NCBI GenBank assembly: GCA_008369845.1
Contig: MRSU01007641.1
Span: forward strand, 1 to 40,222
Direction of reading: 5' to 3'
Length of the DNA stretch: 40,222 bases
DNA from: Trichomonas gallinae
Taxonomy: Eukaryota
Numbering within the stretch: the stretch's first letter is position 1; every line of letters begins with the position of its first letter. A model generated the notes under the pieces. It was not told where the DNA came from. It saw only the letters and a list, made by a program, of their open reading frames with translations, and ran no database searches. The position numbers and the translations under genes are program-made. Of the stretch, positions 29,301-38,550 are shown piece after piece.

Positions 29301-32300
29301 ACGACGTAGCAAACAAGTCATTAGAAAGCTACAAACAGTCACTCGCTGAATTAAATAATGATCCAACATTAACACCGAAATCATCTGTCAAATCAGCAAA
29401 GTCTCAGCTTATATCTACAGAAGAGGCACTTAAAACTAAGGAAGCTGAGTTTGAGAAACTCAAGAAATCCAAGGAGGAGCTCGCAAACGAAATCGCTGAT
29501 ATGAAGAACGAGCACCAAGAAATGAAGAAGCAGGTCGACGAGTTAATCAAGTCGAACGAATACAAGGAGAGCCAGATGCACGAGATGAGAGATTCTCACG
29601 AGCAGTTGATCCAAGAAAACGCGAAGTCTGAAGCAGACTGCGCAAGAATGGAGAAACTAATCGCTGAGTTGAGGGCCGCCAACGCAACTAAGGACCACGA
29701 GAAGACAGAACTCAACCATTACGCAGCACAGAAAGTTGGCGAAATGGAGACAATGAAGCTCGAAGTCGAGAAACTCATGGCAGAAATTTCTCACCTCAAG
29801 GAAGAAAACGAAGCCGCCAACCAATTAGTCGAAGCATACAAATCTTCTCTCACTGAAATAACAGGTGACCCAACAGCAACACCTAAATCATCAGTCAGAT
29901 CCGCCAAATCACATATCGCATCTAAGGACGAAGAAGTCAAGAAACTATCAGATAATCTCAAGAACGAAAGTGATAAACTCCAGCAGAAGGAAGCTGAGTT
30001 CGAAAAGCTCAAGAAACTGGCCGAGAATCTTATGAACGAGAATGCTGCACTCAAACTGAAAGAAGCTGAATTGACTGAACTCAAGAAATCATCAAATAAT
30101 CTCAAAGATGAGAATGAGAAACTTAAGCAGAAGGAAACAGAATTAGATGAATTCAAGAAATTGGCCGAGAGTCTTAAGAACGAAATCTCTAAGATCAAGA
30201 TCGAAAATGAAAGCCTCAAGCAGAAGGAAACAGAATTAGATGAACTCAAGAAATCAGCAGATAATCTTAAGGGCGAAAATACCGAACTCAAGAATGAAAA
30301 CCAGATACTTAAGGATAAAGCAGCTCACTTTGATGAAATCAAGACAATAGCCACAAATATCAAAGCTGAATGCGAGAAATCTACCGAGAATCTCAAGAAG
30401 GAAAACGAGAGACTCAAGCAGAAGGAAGCTGAATTAAATGAACTGAACAAATCGGCTGAGTTCCAAGATAATGAGAGACTCAAAGACAAGGAAACAGAAA
30501 TAGCCGAACTCAAGATATTGGCTGACAGTCTCAAGAACGAAATCGAGCAACTCCAAAACTCTAACAAGACCCTCAAGGAAGAGAACGAGACTGTTAACGA
30601 GATATTGAAATCATACAAGAGCGAGCTCGCTAATCTCACGGGCAACCCAATGGCAACACCAAGATCAGGAATCAAGGCCGCCAAGATCCAGCTTGATAAT
30701 AAGACTCATCAAGTTGACGAACTCTCCAAGGAACTCCACGACCTCAAGGAAGACAACGATCAGAAGTTAGTTGAGTTGAACAAGGCAAGATACCTTGCTG
30801 CCGAGAGGGCCGCCGAACTCGAGAAGCTGAGAATTATCAACGAACAACTGAAGCACGATATCGCAGCGGTCCTGAACACAATCGATGAAGTCAAATTGGA
30901 TCACGCAGGATGCTTCGAGAATATGAGAGACGTCGATTGGTATCTCAGGCGTCTGAAGTCAGATAGCGATGAATTCAATGAGGAAGAGCAACACAATGCT
31001 ATGAGAAACCAGGCTCTTGCCAACGAGGAAGTGTATCTCGCTCAGATCGATAGCCTCAAGAAACTGCTCAACGAAGCAAAGATGGAGATCGAAGACTTCA
31101 AGAACGGCGACGAAATCAAGGAACTCAAGAACCAGATTTTCAACCTCAACAAGCAGATCAAGGAGTTGACAGATCAGCTCAAGAAGAAGGATGAGCAGAT
31201 CGCAAAGATGAAGCAGGATGAAGAATCTAAGCAAGATGAGTTCAACAAGCTCAAGTCTCAAGTCGCATTAAAGGACAAAGAATTGACTGAAACAAAGAAG
31301 GAGCTCCAGAAGCAGAAGACTCTCGCTGAAGCAATGAAGAACACAGTCACAGAGATGCAAAAGAATAATTCTGACTCTGATGTCAAGAATCTCAAGGACG
31401 AAGTTTTCAAGAAGAACGGAGAGATAAAGAATTTGCAGAACGAGATGAAGGCCAAGGAAGAAGACCTCGCCAAGCTCACAACAGAGAGCGAAAACAAGTC
31501 TGGAGAGATCAACAAGCTTAAGGCCCACTTCGCACAGAAGGAGGAAGAGCTCAACAAGCTGAAGAAGGAACTTGCAGAGAGAAACGAAGAAGTTTCTCAT
31601 CTCAAGAACGCTTTGGCTCAGAAGGAAGACCAGATTAAGAAATTAAATGAAAACGCATCTGAACTTGAGAACTCAAAGAAGATGAATGCCGAAGAATTAG
31701 CAGAGATCAAATCACTTAAGGAAGAAATCGAGAAGCTTATTAAGCTCAGGGATGACCTCCAAGCACAGCTCGATATGCTTACAAACGAACTCAATCAGGT
31801 TAAGGCCGATGCAGAAAAGTCTCAAAATGAACTCGAAAAGATGAAGAACGAATCCGGTAATTCACAGAGCGAACTTGAAAAGTTGAGACAAGAACTCGAG
31901 AGATCACAAAACGAATTTAAACAACTCAAATCTATTGCAGAGAAAACGCTGGCAGAGGCACAGAAATATGAGAACGAACTCAAGCAAGCCAAGGATGATG
32001 CAGAAAAGATGAGACAAGAACTCGAGAAATCACACAATGAACTCAAGCAAGCCAAAGAAGATGCAGAAAATTCACACAATGAACTCAAGCAAGCCAAAGC
32101 AGATGCAGAAAAGACACAAAATGAGCTTAAGCAAGCTAAAGCAGATGCAGAAAAGACACAAAATGAGCTTAAGCAAGCCAAAGAAGATGCAGAAAAGTCT
32201 CAAAATGAACTCGAAAAGATGAAGAACGAGTCCGGTAATTCACAGAACGAGCTTGAAAAGTTGAGACAAGAACTCGAGAAATCACAGAATGAATTTAAGC

Positions 32301-33265
32301 AACTCAAATCTATTGCAGAGAAAACGCTGGCCGAGGCACAGAAATATGAGAACGAACTTAAACAAACTAAGGCCGATGCAGAAAAGTCACAAAACGAACT
32401 CAAGCAAACCAAGGCTGGTGCAGAGAAATCACAGAATGAGCTTAAGCAAGCCAAATCTATTGCAGAGAAATTACTGGCCGAGGCACAGAAATATGAGAAT
32501 GAGCTTAAACAGACTAAGAAGGACCTTGAGACGAAGAACGCAGAAATTGCGAAGTCTAAGAAGCAGGGCAATGAGGAAAGCGAAGAAATCAAGAAATTGA
32601 AGAGTGAACTTGCTAATGCCAAGAGCGAGCTATCTAAGGCAAAGGCAGATTATGAAGCATCGATCGATGAGTTGAACAAAAGTCAGTCCCAGATCAGCGA
32701 CGAAGAAGTCGCTGCAAAGGACGCAGAGATCAATCAGCTCAGGGATGAATTCGATGCTCTTAACAACACAATGGCCAACTTGTTGAACAGCAGCGCCAAT
32801 GAAATTGATGAACTTATGAAGATGGTCGAGTCTCAGAAAGCAGAACTCTCCAAGAAGAACAAAGACATCGCCAAGCTTTCTTCTCAAGTCAAAGAACTTC
32901 GCCAGGAGAGCGAGTTGAAGTCTAGAGAAATCGAAGTGGCCCAATCATCACAAGACAGATCAGATGAAGTCAAGCAGCTCAAGGCCGCTATCAAGCAACT
33001 GCAGAAGAACGTCGAAAACCTCACTGCAGACAAAGAAGCCCTTAAGCAGGAAATTGCTGCATCATCATCAGCGCTTTCTTCTTCAAAGACAATTGTTACA
33101 TCTGGCTCTTATTCTAACAATGATGCACTCATCGCGCAGCTGAGGAAGGAGCTCAACGATTACTTGGCGGAAATCAAGGAGAAGAACCAGAGAATTGAAG
33201 AGCTCGAAGGTGCAGCTGTAAGACACGATATCATCGCCTCCAGAAGAATGCAGAAGTCTACTTGA
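26306..33265 (+). CDS. Giant (2319 aa) E/K-rich coiled-coil protein with internal repeats (often labelled 'viral A-type inclusion protein' in trichomonads; probably cytoskeletal)
   Basis: 7-kb uninterrupted ORF with continuous heptads, six related hinge motifs and C-terminal 14-aa repeats. Confidence 0.92.
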   Translation: MSTPRKAGMSGVKEHLRQNYEAVPKALAGALQNNSVLHAENQQLKAKLKDKEILIRSLKEENMSLRLGGNQSSKIKDMEDHVTEIAIKYKKQLNQAELQYLSKFQEQQNKIQDFETKIQQLQENMRKTEDTLGKAEQNRSKNKKKIAELNKQITQLQKDLETNLELKQQAETMASQYALKIDRSEKQIQELTAELENKTVSINEKDQLIEQLQKSLDSITGQIEAKYANVQNELELKQEILDKLSKNPKNANIIARIESYEKSANKLNDSVHEVTEKLSQSQINEEDEITASALDISIPPTGNSALLEENQNYKYENLELKEKVKQLEEELHKFSNQQNIEAEKINSDLANSLEAANQSLQEINDENLKIIQVLQDENEELKKRIESNNEKEVQTEIIELREINNKLLLEKEETNRKLHEFEQRIETYKKELEIRKQFENENQLLKKTIEELKALMQSKEIQKKDDILLPNPSPMKKPTRELSPQDEDEVNASEMNISVVGDSENQNEVEALKKHIGLLEVQLQLAKAESSQSLFNESLQEVINELHEENKQLSNEVDKLSKEVETKSNQLVELQQRYDKAEEENRKYSEAYKVLSAETGIMSPVSSAKHTKSYMDQLETQNHDQIEEIKLIREQIEILEGKLSEKEDDINQKNDSIVRFNERLEKYKSELKLKEDEIAKLRTTKEELEKDLESLKFMNASLEEESNRTIIKLSAAENSLIEKTEQIKSIEQSLEAIKQDLAAKTKEAENLQKKIETLENENKIANDMINEYKRELSNLTGNKDSTPKSSAKNVKQELDEKDNKIKSLEEQIKRMKELNNSVAAKIESEMKNVQARLALEEKRDEDQTNQIAKLEKDIKSQIEQNKKLTDLLDNLRMTERELANEHYKQISEFQEKDKKNQQTIEDLKNEIATYKSSLSELSGDPTTTPRSSVKSAKSQMASMEEELVEKEHQFLELMELTDQLRIEIANMKSDQGEKASLVSEMEKLKAEIEKLKEENDVANKSLESYKQSLAELNNDPTLTPKSSVKSAKSQLISTEEALKTKEAEFEKLKKSKEELANEIADMKNEHQEMKKQVDELIKSNEYKESQMHEMRDSHEQLIQENAKSEADCARMEKLIAELRAANATKDHEKTELNHYAAQKVGEMETMKLEVEKLMAEISHLKEENEAANQLVEAYKSSLTEITGDPTATPKSSVRSAKSHIASKDEEVKKLSDNLKNESDKLQQKEAEFEKLKKLAENLMNENAALKLKEAELTELKKSSNNLKDENEKLKQKETELDEFKKLAESLKNEISKIKIENESLKQKETELDELKKSADNLKGENTELKNENQILKDKAAHFDEIKTIATNIKAECEKSTENLKKENERLKQKEAELNELNKSAEFQDNERLKDKETEIAELKILADSLKNEIEQLQNSNKTLKEENETVNEILKSYKSELANLTGNPMATPRSGIKAAKIQLDNKTHQVDELSKELHDLKEDNDQKLVELNKARYLAAERAAELEKLRIINEQLKHDIAAVLNTIDEVKLDHAGCFENMRDVDWYLRRLKSDSDEFNEEEQHNAMRNQALANEEVYLAQIDSLKKLLNEAKMEIEDFKNGDEIKELKNQIFNLNKQIKELTDQLKKKDEQIAKMKQDEESKQDEFNKLKSQVALKDKELTETKKELQKQKTLAEAMKNTVTEMQKNNSDSDVKNLKDEVFKKNGEIKNLQNEMKAKEEDLAKLTTESENKSGEINKLKAHFAQKEEELNKLKKELAERNEEVSHLKNALAQKEDQIKKLNENASELENSKKMNAEELAEIKSLKEEIEKLIKLRDDLQAQLDMLTNELNQVKADAEKSQNELEKMKNESGNSQSELEKLRQELERSQNEFKQLKSIAEKTLAEAQKYENELKQAKDDAEKMRQELEKSHNELKQAKEDAENSHNELKQAKADAEKTQNELKQAKADAEKTQNELKQAKEDAEKSQNELEKMKNESGNSQNELEKLRQELEKSQNEFKQLKSIAEKTLAEAQKYENELKQTKADAEKSQNELKQTKAGAEKSQNELKQAKSIAEKLLAEAQKYENELKQTKKDLETKNAEIAKSKKQGNEESEEIKKLKSELANAKSELSKAKADYEASIDELNKSQSQISDEEVAAKDAEINQLRDEFDALNNTMANLLNSSANEIDELMKMVESQKAELSKKNKDIAKLSSQVKELRQESELKSREIEVAQSSQDRSDEVKQLKAAIKQLQKNVENLTADKEALKQEIAASSSALSSSKTIVTSGSYSNNDALIAQLRKELNDYLAEIKEKNQRIEELEGAAVRHDIIASRRMQKST
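31790..32520 (+). repeat. Coding 42-bp (14-aa, ELKQAKADAEKSQN) tandem repeats with a higher-order duplication
   Basis: Block 31808-31980 is repeated near-identically at 32186-32358 (offset 378 = 9 x 42). Confidence 0.9.
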
Positions 33266-33562
33266 GTATGATACTGTTTTATTTATTTTTTTTTATATTG
33301 ACTTAGTCGATTTTTTTATATATGATTTATTTGGTAAAAACTTAATTTTTTTTAATTCGAATTACAACATCATTTGTGATAAGAGGTGAATAGTAAGCTA
33401 TTGGATAAATATTAGGCATTGAAGATTAATTTTATAATAATATTCATATAACTTCAAAGCAAGAAATGAATTATTTATAATCAAATTAAAATGATGACAA
33501 ATAAACTTTTTTTTGACAAATAATATGATGGAAAATTTTACACATTTATCATTTTTTTTTAC

Positions 33563-34027
33563 ATGACAGTTTCAGTGGATGCAGATCAAGATATTAAAGA
33601 TGCAATTAAAGAGCATCATCGAATGCAATGCAGACTGAAGTATATCAGCGAGATGACAAATTATTTTAACGCGCAAACTAACAATTTATTTCAAGGTATC
33701 ACGCAGAAATGTGAAATATTAGCCGAAAAACACAAGAAATTAAATGCTGAACTTCAAAAAGTAAATGAACAACTAGAATTGGAAAATGAAAGTCTAGATA
33801 AACAAAACGATCAACTATTAAATGAAATTAAAGCAATTTTTGATCATAAACAACTAATAGATAACCTTGGAAATGCGACAGACGAATATGCGAACGCTCT
33901 CGACAATAAATTAGAACAAGAAAGATTGGGTGACCTAGTTAAATCAGTTCATGACATATTATTCAATCATACGCACAAAAGAGGTAATACTAGCAAATTG
34001 TATGCAATCTTAAACGAATTAAATTGA
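33563..34027 (+). CDS. Hypothetical 154-aa coiled-coil protein
   Basis: ATG preceded by Inr-like TCATTTTT; heptad-rich middle. Confidence 0.75.
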   Translation: MTVSVDADQDIKDAIKEHHRMQCRLKYISEMTNYFNAQTNNLFQGITQKCEILAEKHKKLNAELQKVNEQLELENESLDKQNDQLLNEIKAIFDHKQLIDNLGNATDEYANALDNKLEQERLGDLVKSVHDILFNHTHKRGNTSKLYAILNELN

Positions 34028-35279
34028 ACATTATATTTTACATCAATTTATTAAAGTTGGAAATTCTTGATGTCTCTAGGTTTACATTCAAAAATTGACC
34101 AGTTTATGACATGCCTTTCAAACATACGCAAAAAAAGGGATAATTTTGAAATTTCTAAATTTGTTGGAATCATAGCGAAAGTCACCTTGCCAAATAGGAA
34201 CCAAATTTATGAAGCATGGCTTACAAACTGTAGAGGTAAAATTACCAAGTGAAATATGTTAATTTTTTTTTTTCTTCTAAAAGATTTGATATTTCAAAGA
34301 ATTTACATATATGATGATAAATACACATCAATTGAAAGCATTTTACGAATCTATTATTATCACAAAATCAAATTTTAATATTTTCAAATATTAATTATTC
34401 AGAAATATTAGGAATAATTAGACGAATAACTATATTTGTGGATTCTATAAGTGGAGTTAATGAGATTTGCATGCGAACCCGTATTTTATCGAAAATTCAA
34501 TCAATAAAGTCATAAATGGAATATATGGATTTGTTGCTAAGGACTTTTAGGAGATAGTAGTGATAATGGAAGCTAAAAAAGGCTATTCGCTTTTCCATAA
34601 TCAATTTGAACCCACGAACATTTTTCTTTTTGCGATAAATAAGCAATTTTTAATATAATAGCACGAAATCCTTCCCCAAATCATTGGCCAAACTTCGGCG
34701 TGTAAAATATTTTCCCATTTTTACGTATACGAAAAGTTTACTTTTCCTCTAAACTATACATTTATTTAATAATAATTGACAATTATATATGTTATTTATC
34801 AGATTTTACAATAGATATATTAATATGAATTCAAAATATAGGTTCATTATTGAAATAATTTGATTGGAAGTTAAAGAACGCTAAATAAAAAAATTGTTTG
34901 AAGAAATGCAAAATTCATGGATATTTAAGATATGAATAAAGTGTATATTTATTTTTACGCATTATTTCGCGAAAATAAACCATTATAAACCTTTTGAATA
35001 GGATGTTCTTTCAAAATTTTTTAAGCACTAAAAACATAAAATATCGCATTATTGTTAATAGTATATTCAAACCATCAAATAAAATCAGAGAAAATGATAG
35101 TTTTTATTTATCATAGATTGATAATTAATAATATGGAGCAAATTAATTAAAAATTTTACATATACAAAATTTCAACGACGATAATTTTCTTATCAAATCC
35201 AATCAAAGAAAAGTAATTTATAGCATGTAAATAATAAGAAATCAAAATAAAAAATTATTTGGAAAATTGACAATTTTTG

Positions 35280-36782
35280 ATGGAACTGGACGAACAAAGC
35301 GTGAAAAATCCAGTAGATTCGGATGATTATCTACTAGGAGGCCGCCCTCCACTGATTACACTGTTGAGCATGTCTCTTGGACCTTTGATTTCTCAACTTG
35401 TTCAAGCATTAACGAGTGTTATTGGGTCAATTCTAGTTGCATCATCTATAGGACAGATCGGTGTTGAAGTATATGGTGCAGTTTATACTGTAGAATTCTT
35501 CGCCGTCGCTATTGCACAATTTCTTTCTGCTGGTTTAAGTGTTCGATTAAGCTACTTGTATGGTTCACAAGAACTTGACAACTGCGATCAATTGTTTGTA
35601 GATTTTTTGAGATTAAGCATAATTTTAGGTATAATAACGCCTTGCATTGTTCTACCCGCAACAAAACCAATTATTTCATGGTTTGGCGCTGATGATGTTA
35701 CATCCGAGCTGTCCTTGCAATATATGATCCCAATTACAGGTGGCTGCATGTTTAATATAATATTCTTGGTTTCTTCGGGTGTAGTGCAGGCAGATGGAAA
35801 GTCTTTGGTCTATGCTATATACCAGATTGCTTCATTTGTCTTAAATGTTGGAGTTTTCGCGCCGATATTATTACTTGCGATTAAGACTCCAATTTGGGGT
35901 GCATCGTTAGCTACAATCCTATCTCAGGCTCTCCCAGGCATTTATCTTACAATAATGATCTTCAGAGGAAAATATCGCATAACTCCGAAATTTGGCATGT
36001 TTTGGAAGCCATTCTGTCATGAAACATGGCATGCAATCAAGATTGGCCTCTCAACACTCATCTCTCAGATCTCTTTAACGCTTCCATTTTTATTAATGCA
36101 AAAATACGTCAACAACGCTGCAACAGCGATCGGAGAGTATGGAAATGTCGTAGCTGTTTGGGCTGTCGTCGAAAAATTATACTTAATCGTTGGTGGAATT
36201 TGCATTGGATTTTCCAACGGATTCCTCAACCCAGGTTCTTATGCTTTCGGTGCAAAGAATATGGGTAGGATGTTTAGACTCATGGTACACGGCATTTGGC
36301 TCTGTACAGCTGCTTGTTTATTAATTTCAATTATTATTATTTCAATGCCAGTCCAAATCTCTTTGTTATGGTCCAAAAACGAAACATTTTTGATAATGTC
36401 CAAAGGAATTACGCCAATTCTATATTACACCGCATTTACGTTAGGAATTCAATATATGGTTCCTGTCGTCCTCCAAGCATCGAAACGCATCTTCGCTTCG
36501 TCTGCTCTTTCCATTCTTACTCTTGTTCTCCCCGTTCCTGTCTTCAGCACAATTTTATATTTCACTGGCGACGGAAAAACGAATCCACGAAGAATCTTCT
36601 ACACGTACACATGCAATGACCTGTATTCATTCATAGTGTGCTGGATTTTCTTCATCGCGCCGCTCAAAAGAATGTATGCCGCAATCAAGCACCCAGAGAC
36701 GCTCGAAGAAAAGGAGAAGGAAGAGGAAGAGTCTCTCAGCGAAAATATGGAAGAACAGGATCGTCCAGCCGACGAAGTTTAA
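35280..36782 (+). CDS. MATE family (MatE) efflux transporter
   Basis: LGGRPPLITLLSMSLGPLISQLV, two symmetrical hydrophobic halves, GVVQADGK, WGASLATILSQ, SYAFGAK; acidic tail. First ATG is 35280. Confidence 0.93.
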   Translation: MELDEQSVKNPVDSDDYLLGGRPPLITLLSMSLGPLISQLVQALTSVIGSILVASSIGQIGVEVYGAVYTVEFFAVAIAQFLSAGLSVRLSYLYGSQELDNCDQLFVDFLRLSIILGIITPCIVLPATKPIISWFGADDVTSELSLQYMIPITGGCMFNIIFLVSSGVVQADGKSLVYAIYQIASFVLNVGVFAPILLLAIKTPIWGASLATILSQALPGIYLTIMIFRGKYRITPKFGMFWKPFCHETWHAIKIGLSTLISQISLTLPFLLMQKYVNNAATAIGEYGNVVAVWAVVEKLYLIVGGICIGFSNGFLNPGSYAFGAKNMGRMFRLMVHGIWLCTAACLLISIIIISMPVQISLLWSKNETFLIMSKGITPILYYTAFTLGIQYMVPVVLQASKRIFASSALSILTLVLPVPVFSTILYFTGDGKTNPRRIFYTYTCNDLYSFIVCWIFFIAPLKRMYAAIKHPETLEEKEKEEEESLSENMEEQDRPADEV

Positions 36783-36916
36783 TAAACTATCAAATACAAT
36801 TCAAAAATTGCACAATTTCCTGCAAGAATTTTCAATTGTTGCTTTTAGATTTACTAAAATTAAGTTTATATCCATGCTTTTTAAATTAATGTTGTAATTA
36901 GTATCATATGATAACA

Positions 36917-37405
36917 AGCTGCCATTAGTTTCAGTTCATATATATCTACTCAAAACACATAGCTTTTGTTCTACAAAATTAAGAGAAGTTGATTTATTAT
37001 AAAATAACACCTATAAGTTGACATCTACTACAGAAATTGTATGAATAGTTTGACATCTTCATGATGACTTTGTTCTGAACAAAGCCCAAATCAAAGCTGC
37101 TTGATTTTTTATAGTCTTTTGCGTTTACATATTTTCCAGGAGAAACAGTTTGACAACCTTCTGATAACAATTCATTGAAGCTATAATCAAAGCTGTTTTT
37201 GTTTTCCTGTAGTTAGAAAAAAGTTTGACAACTCCATGATGACCTTTTTCTGAAGCTCAAATCATATCTGTGTAGTTGACATCCATTCCAAGAACTGTGA
37301 GACGGAGATTGACAATTTCATGATGATCATTTGATGAAGCATAAATCAAAGCTGTTTGATTGTTTTTTTTGCGTTGACAACTATTCCAGGAATTGTGAAA
37401 AGGAG
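36917..37405 (-). pseudogene. Multi-repeat ankyrin pseudogene
   Basis: Minus-strand fragments LLFTIPGIVVNAK / NNQTALIYASSNDHHEIVNL..LGMDVN / I*ASEKGHHGVVKLF / KTALIIASMNCYQKVVKLF / PGKYVNAKDY / QAALIWA / SHHEDVKLF / VDVN, with stops, frameshifts and deletions. Confidence 0.85.
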
Positions 37406-37647
37406 TTAAAACAAAATGTATTATTTGGGATACGAGAATCCCTTATGCTGATCCACCAATAAATCATATTACTTAGCCAAATATGCTTTTGTATTATGAT
37501 AAAATATTTCGAATAAATAAATGTTTGACAAAATTGGTTCGAAGTATGATAATATAAATGAGAAACATGTAAATAGAATGGATCAATAATATTTAAGCTT
37601 GATTTCTTAAAATGTCAAAAATTTTGTCAATTTGTCAAAAATAAAAA

Positions 37648-38304
37648 ATGGATTTTGAAATCATAGCGAAAACATGTGGATATATATCTGCTGGCTTGTA
37701 TTTCTTTGTAGACTTTCCACAGATATATATAAACTTCGCAACTCGCTCAACTGAAGGATTTAGTGCGCTTGCTATTTTCATCCGCTGTGTTGGAAACTCT
37801 TTTAATTTAGCTCTTTGCTATTTTGAAAAGAGGTCCATGGAAATTGCACTTCCGTCAATAATTCTATTGTTTGTACATTTAATTCAAATCTTTCAATTCT
37901 TCAACACACGGAAAAAGAAATTTTATTTGCTTCTATATGCAATACCAATAGGAGCAACTCTTCTATCCTTTTTCTTACCATCAATATCAATCGCAACGCG
38001 ATATTTCAATTCAGCATCACAGATTTTGTGCGCAATTCCATTCTTCTATACGTGTATTTCGCTTAGAACAACAATAGGAATTTCATTATTAAGTATACAT
38101 CTGTATTTCATTGGATCAATTTTTGGACTCTTAATGTGCATGATTAATTGCCAAACAGATAGCATTGTATGGATGTTCTACTTCATAGCTATAATCTACT
38201 CAGTTTTCGGATTTGGTTTAGCTATGATTTATGATGAATACAGAATCTTCGATACTGCAACTAAGCATCCAAAGCGTGATGTTATCAAGCTTGAATCAAT
38301 GTAA
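37648..38304 (+). CDS. PQ-loop repeat membrane protein
   Basis: FPQIYINFATRSTEGFS first repeat; IPFFYTCISLRTTIGIS second repeat; about 6-7 hydrophobic segments. TGTCAA x3 directly upstream. Confidence 0.88.
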   Translation: MDFEIIAKTCGYISAGLYFFVDFPQIYINFATRSTEGFSALAIFIRCVGNSFNLALCYFEKRSMEIALPSIILLFVHLIQIFQFFNTRKKKFYLLLYAIPIGATLLSFFLPSISIATRYFNSASQILCAIPFFYTCISLRTTIGISLLSIHLYFIGSIFGLLMCMINCQTDSIVWMFYFIAIIYSVFGFGLAMIYDEYRIFDTATKHPKRDVIKLESM

Positions 38305-38550
38305 TTTGTTTTAATATATAAGCCTGTTTTGTTATAAAAATTTAATTTTTCGAATTTAAATGAACATAATACTAGACTGATGCTACTAAACACCCAAACT
38401 GCTAAATACCAAGCACTTTATACTTCAAAAAAACATAATGATTTAAAATTATTAAAAAATAAGTGTTTGGTGTCAAATTTCTATCTATAATGATGAGTCT
38501 ATAAGCTTGTTGAAATACATGTATTATTTTTATTAACAAATAATAAAATT

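Noticed and set aside
27324..32944. Many antisense and alternative-frame ORFs inside the giant gene (and similar ones inside other CDSs)
   Set aside because: S/F/L-rich shadows of E/K-rich or repetitive coding strands.
26306..33265. Viral origin or Maverick element suggested by the 'A-type inclusion' label
   Set aside because: The label reflects generic coiled-coil similarity. No polymerase B, integrase, capsid, ATPase or TIRs are in the window.
34067..34720. Short ORF 34067-34252 and slightly GC-richer patches downstream
   Set aside because: No motif, repeat or structure I could support.
12000..38304. Functional clustering of possible endolysosomal genes (BORCS5-like, PQ-loop, MATE, kelch)
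   Set aside because: They are far apart, on mixed strands and interspersed with unrelated genes, with no evidence of co-regulation.
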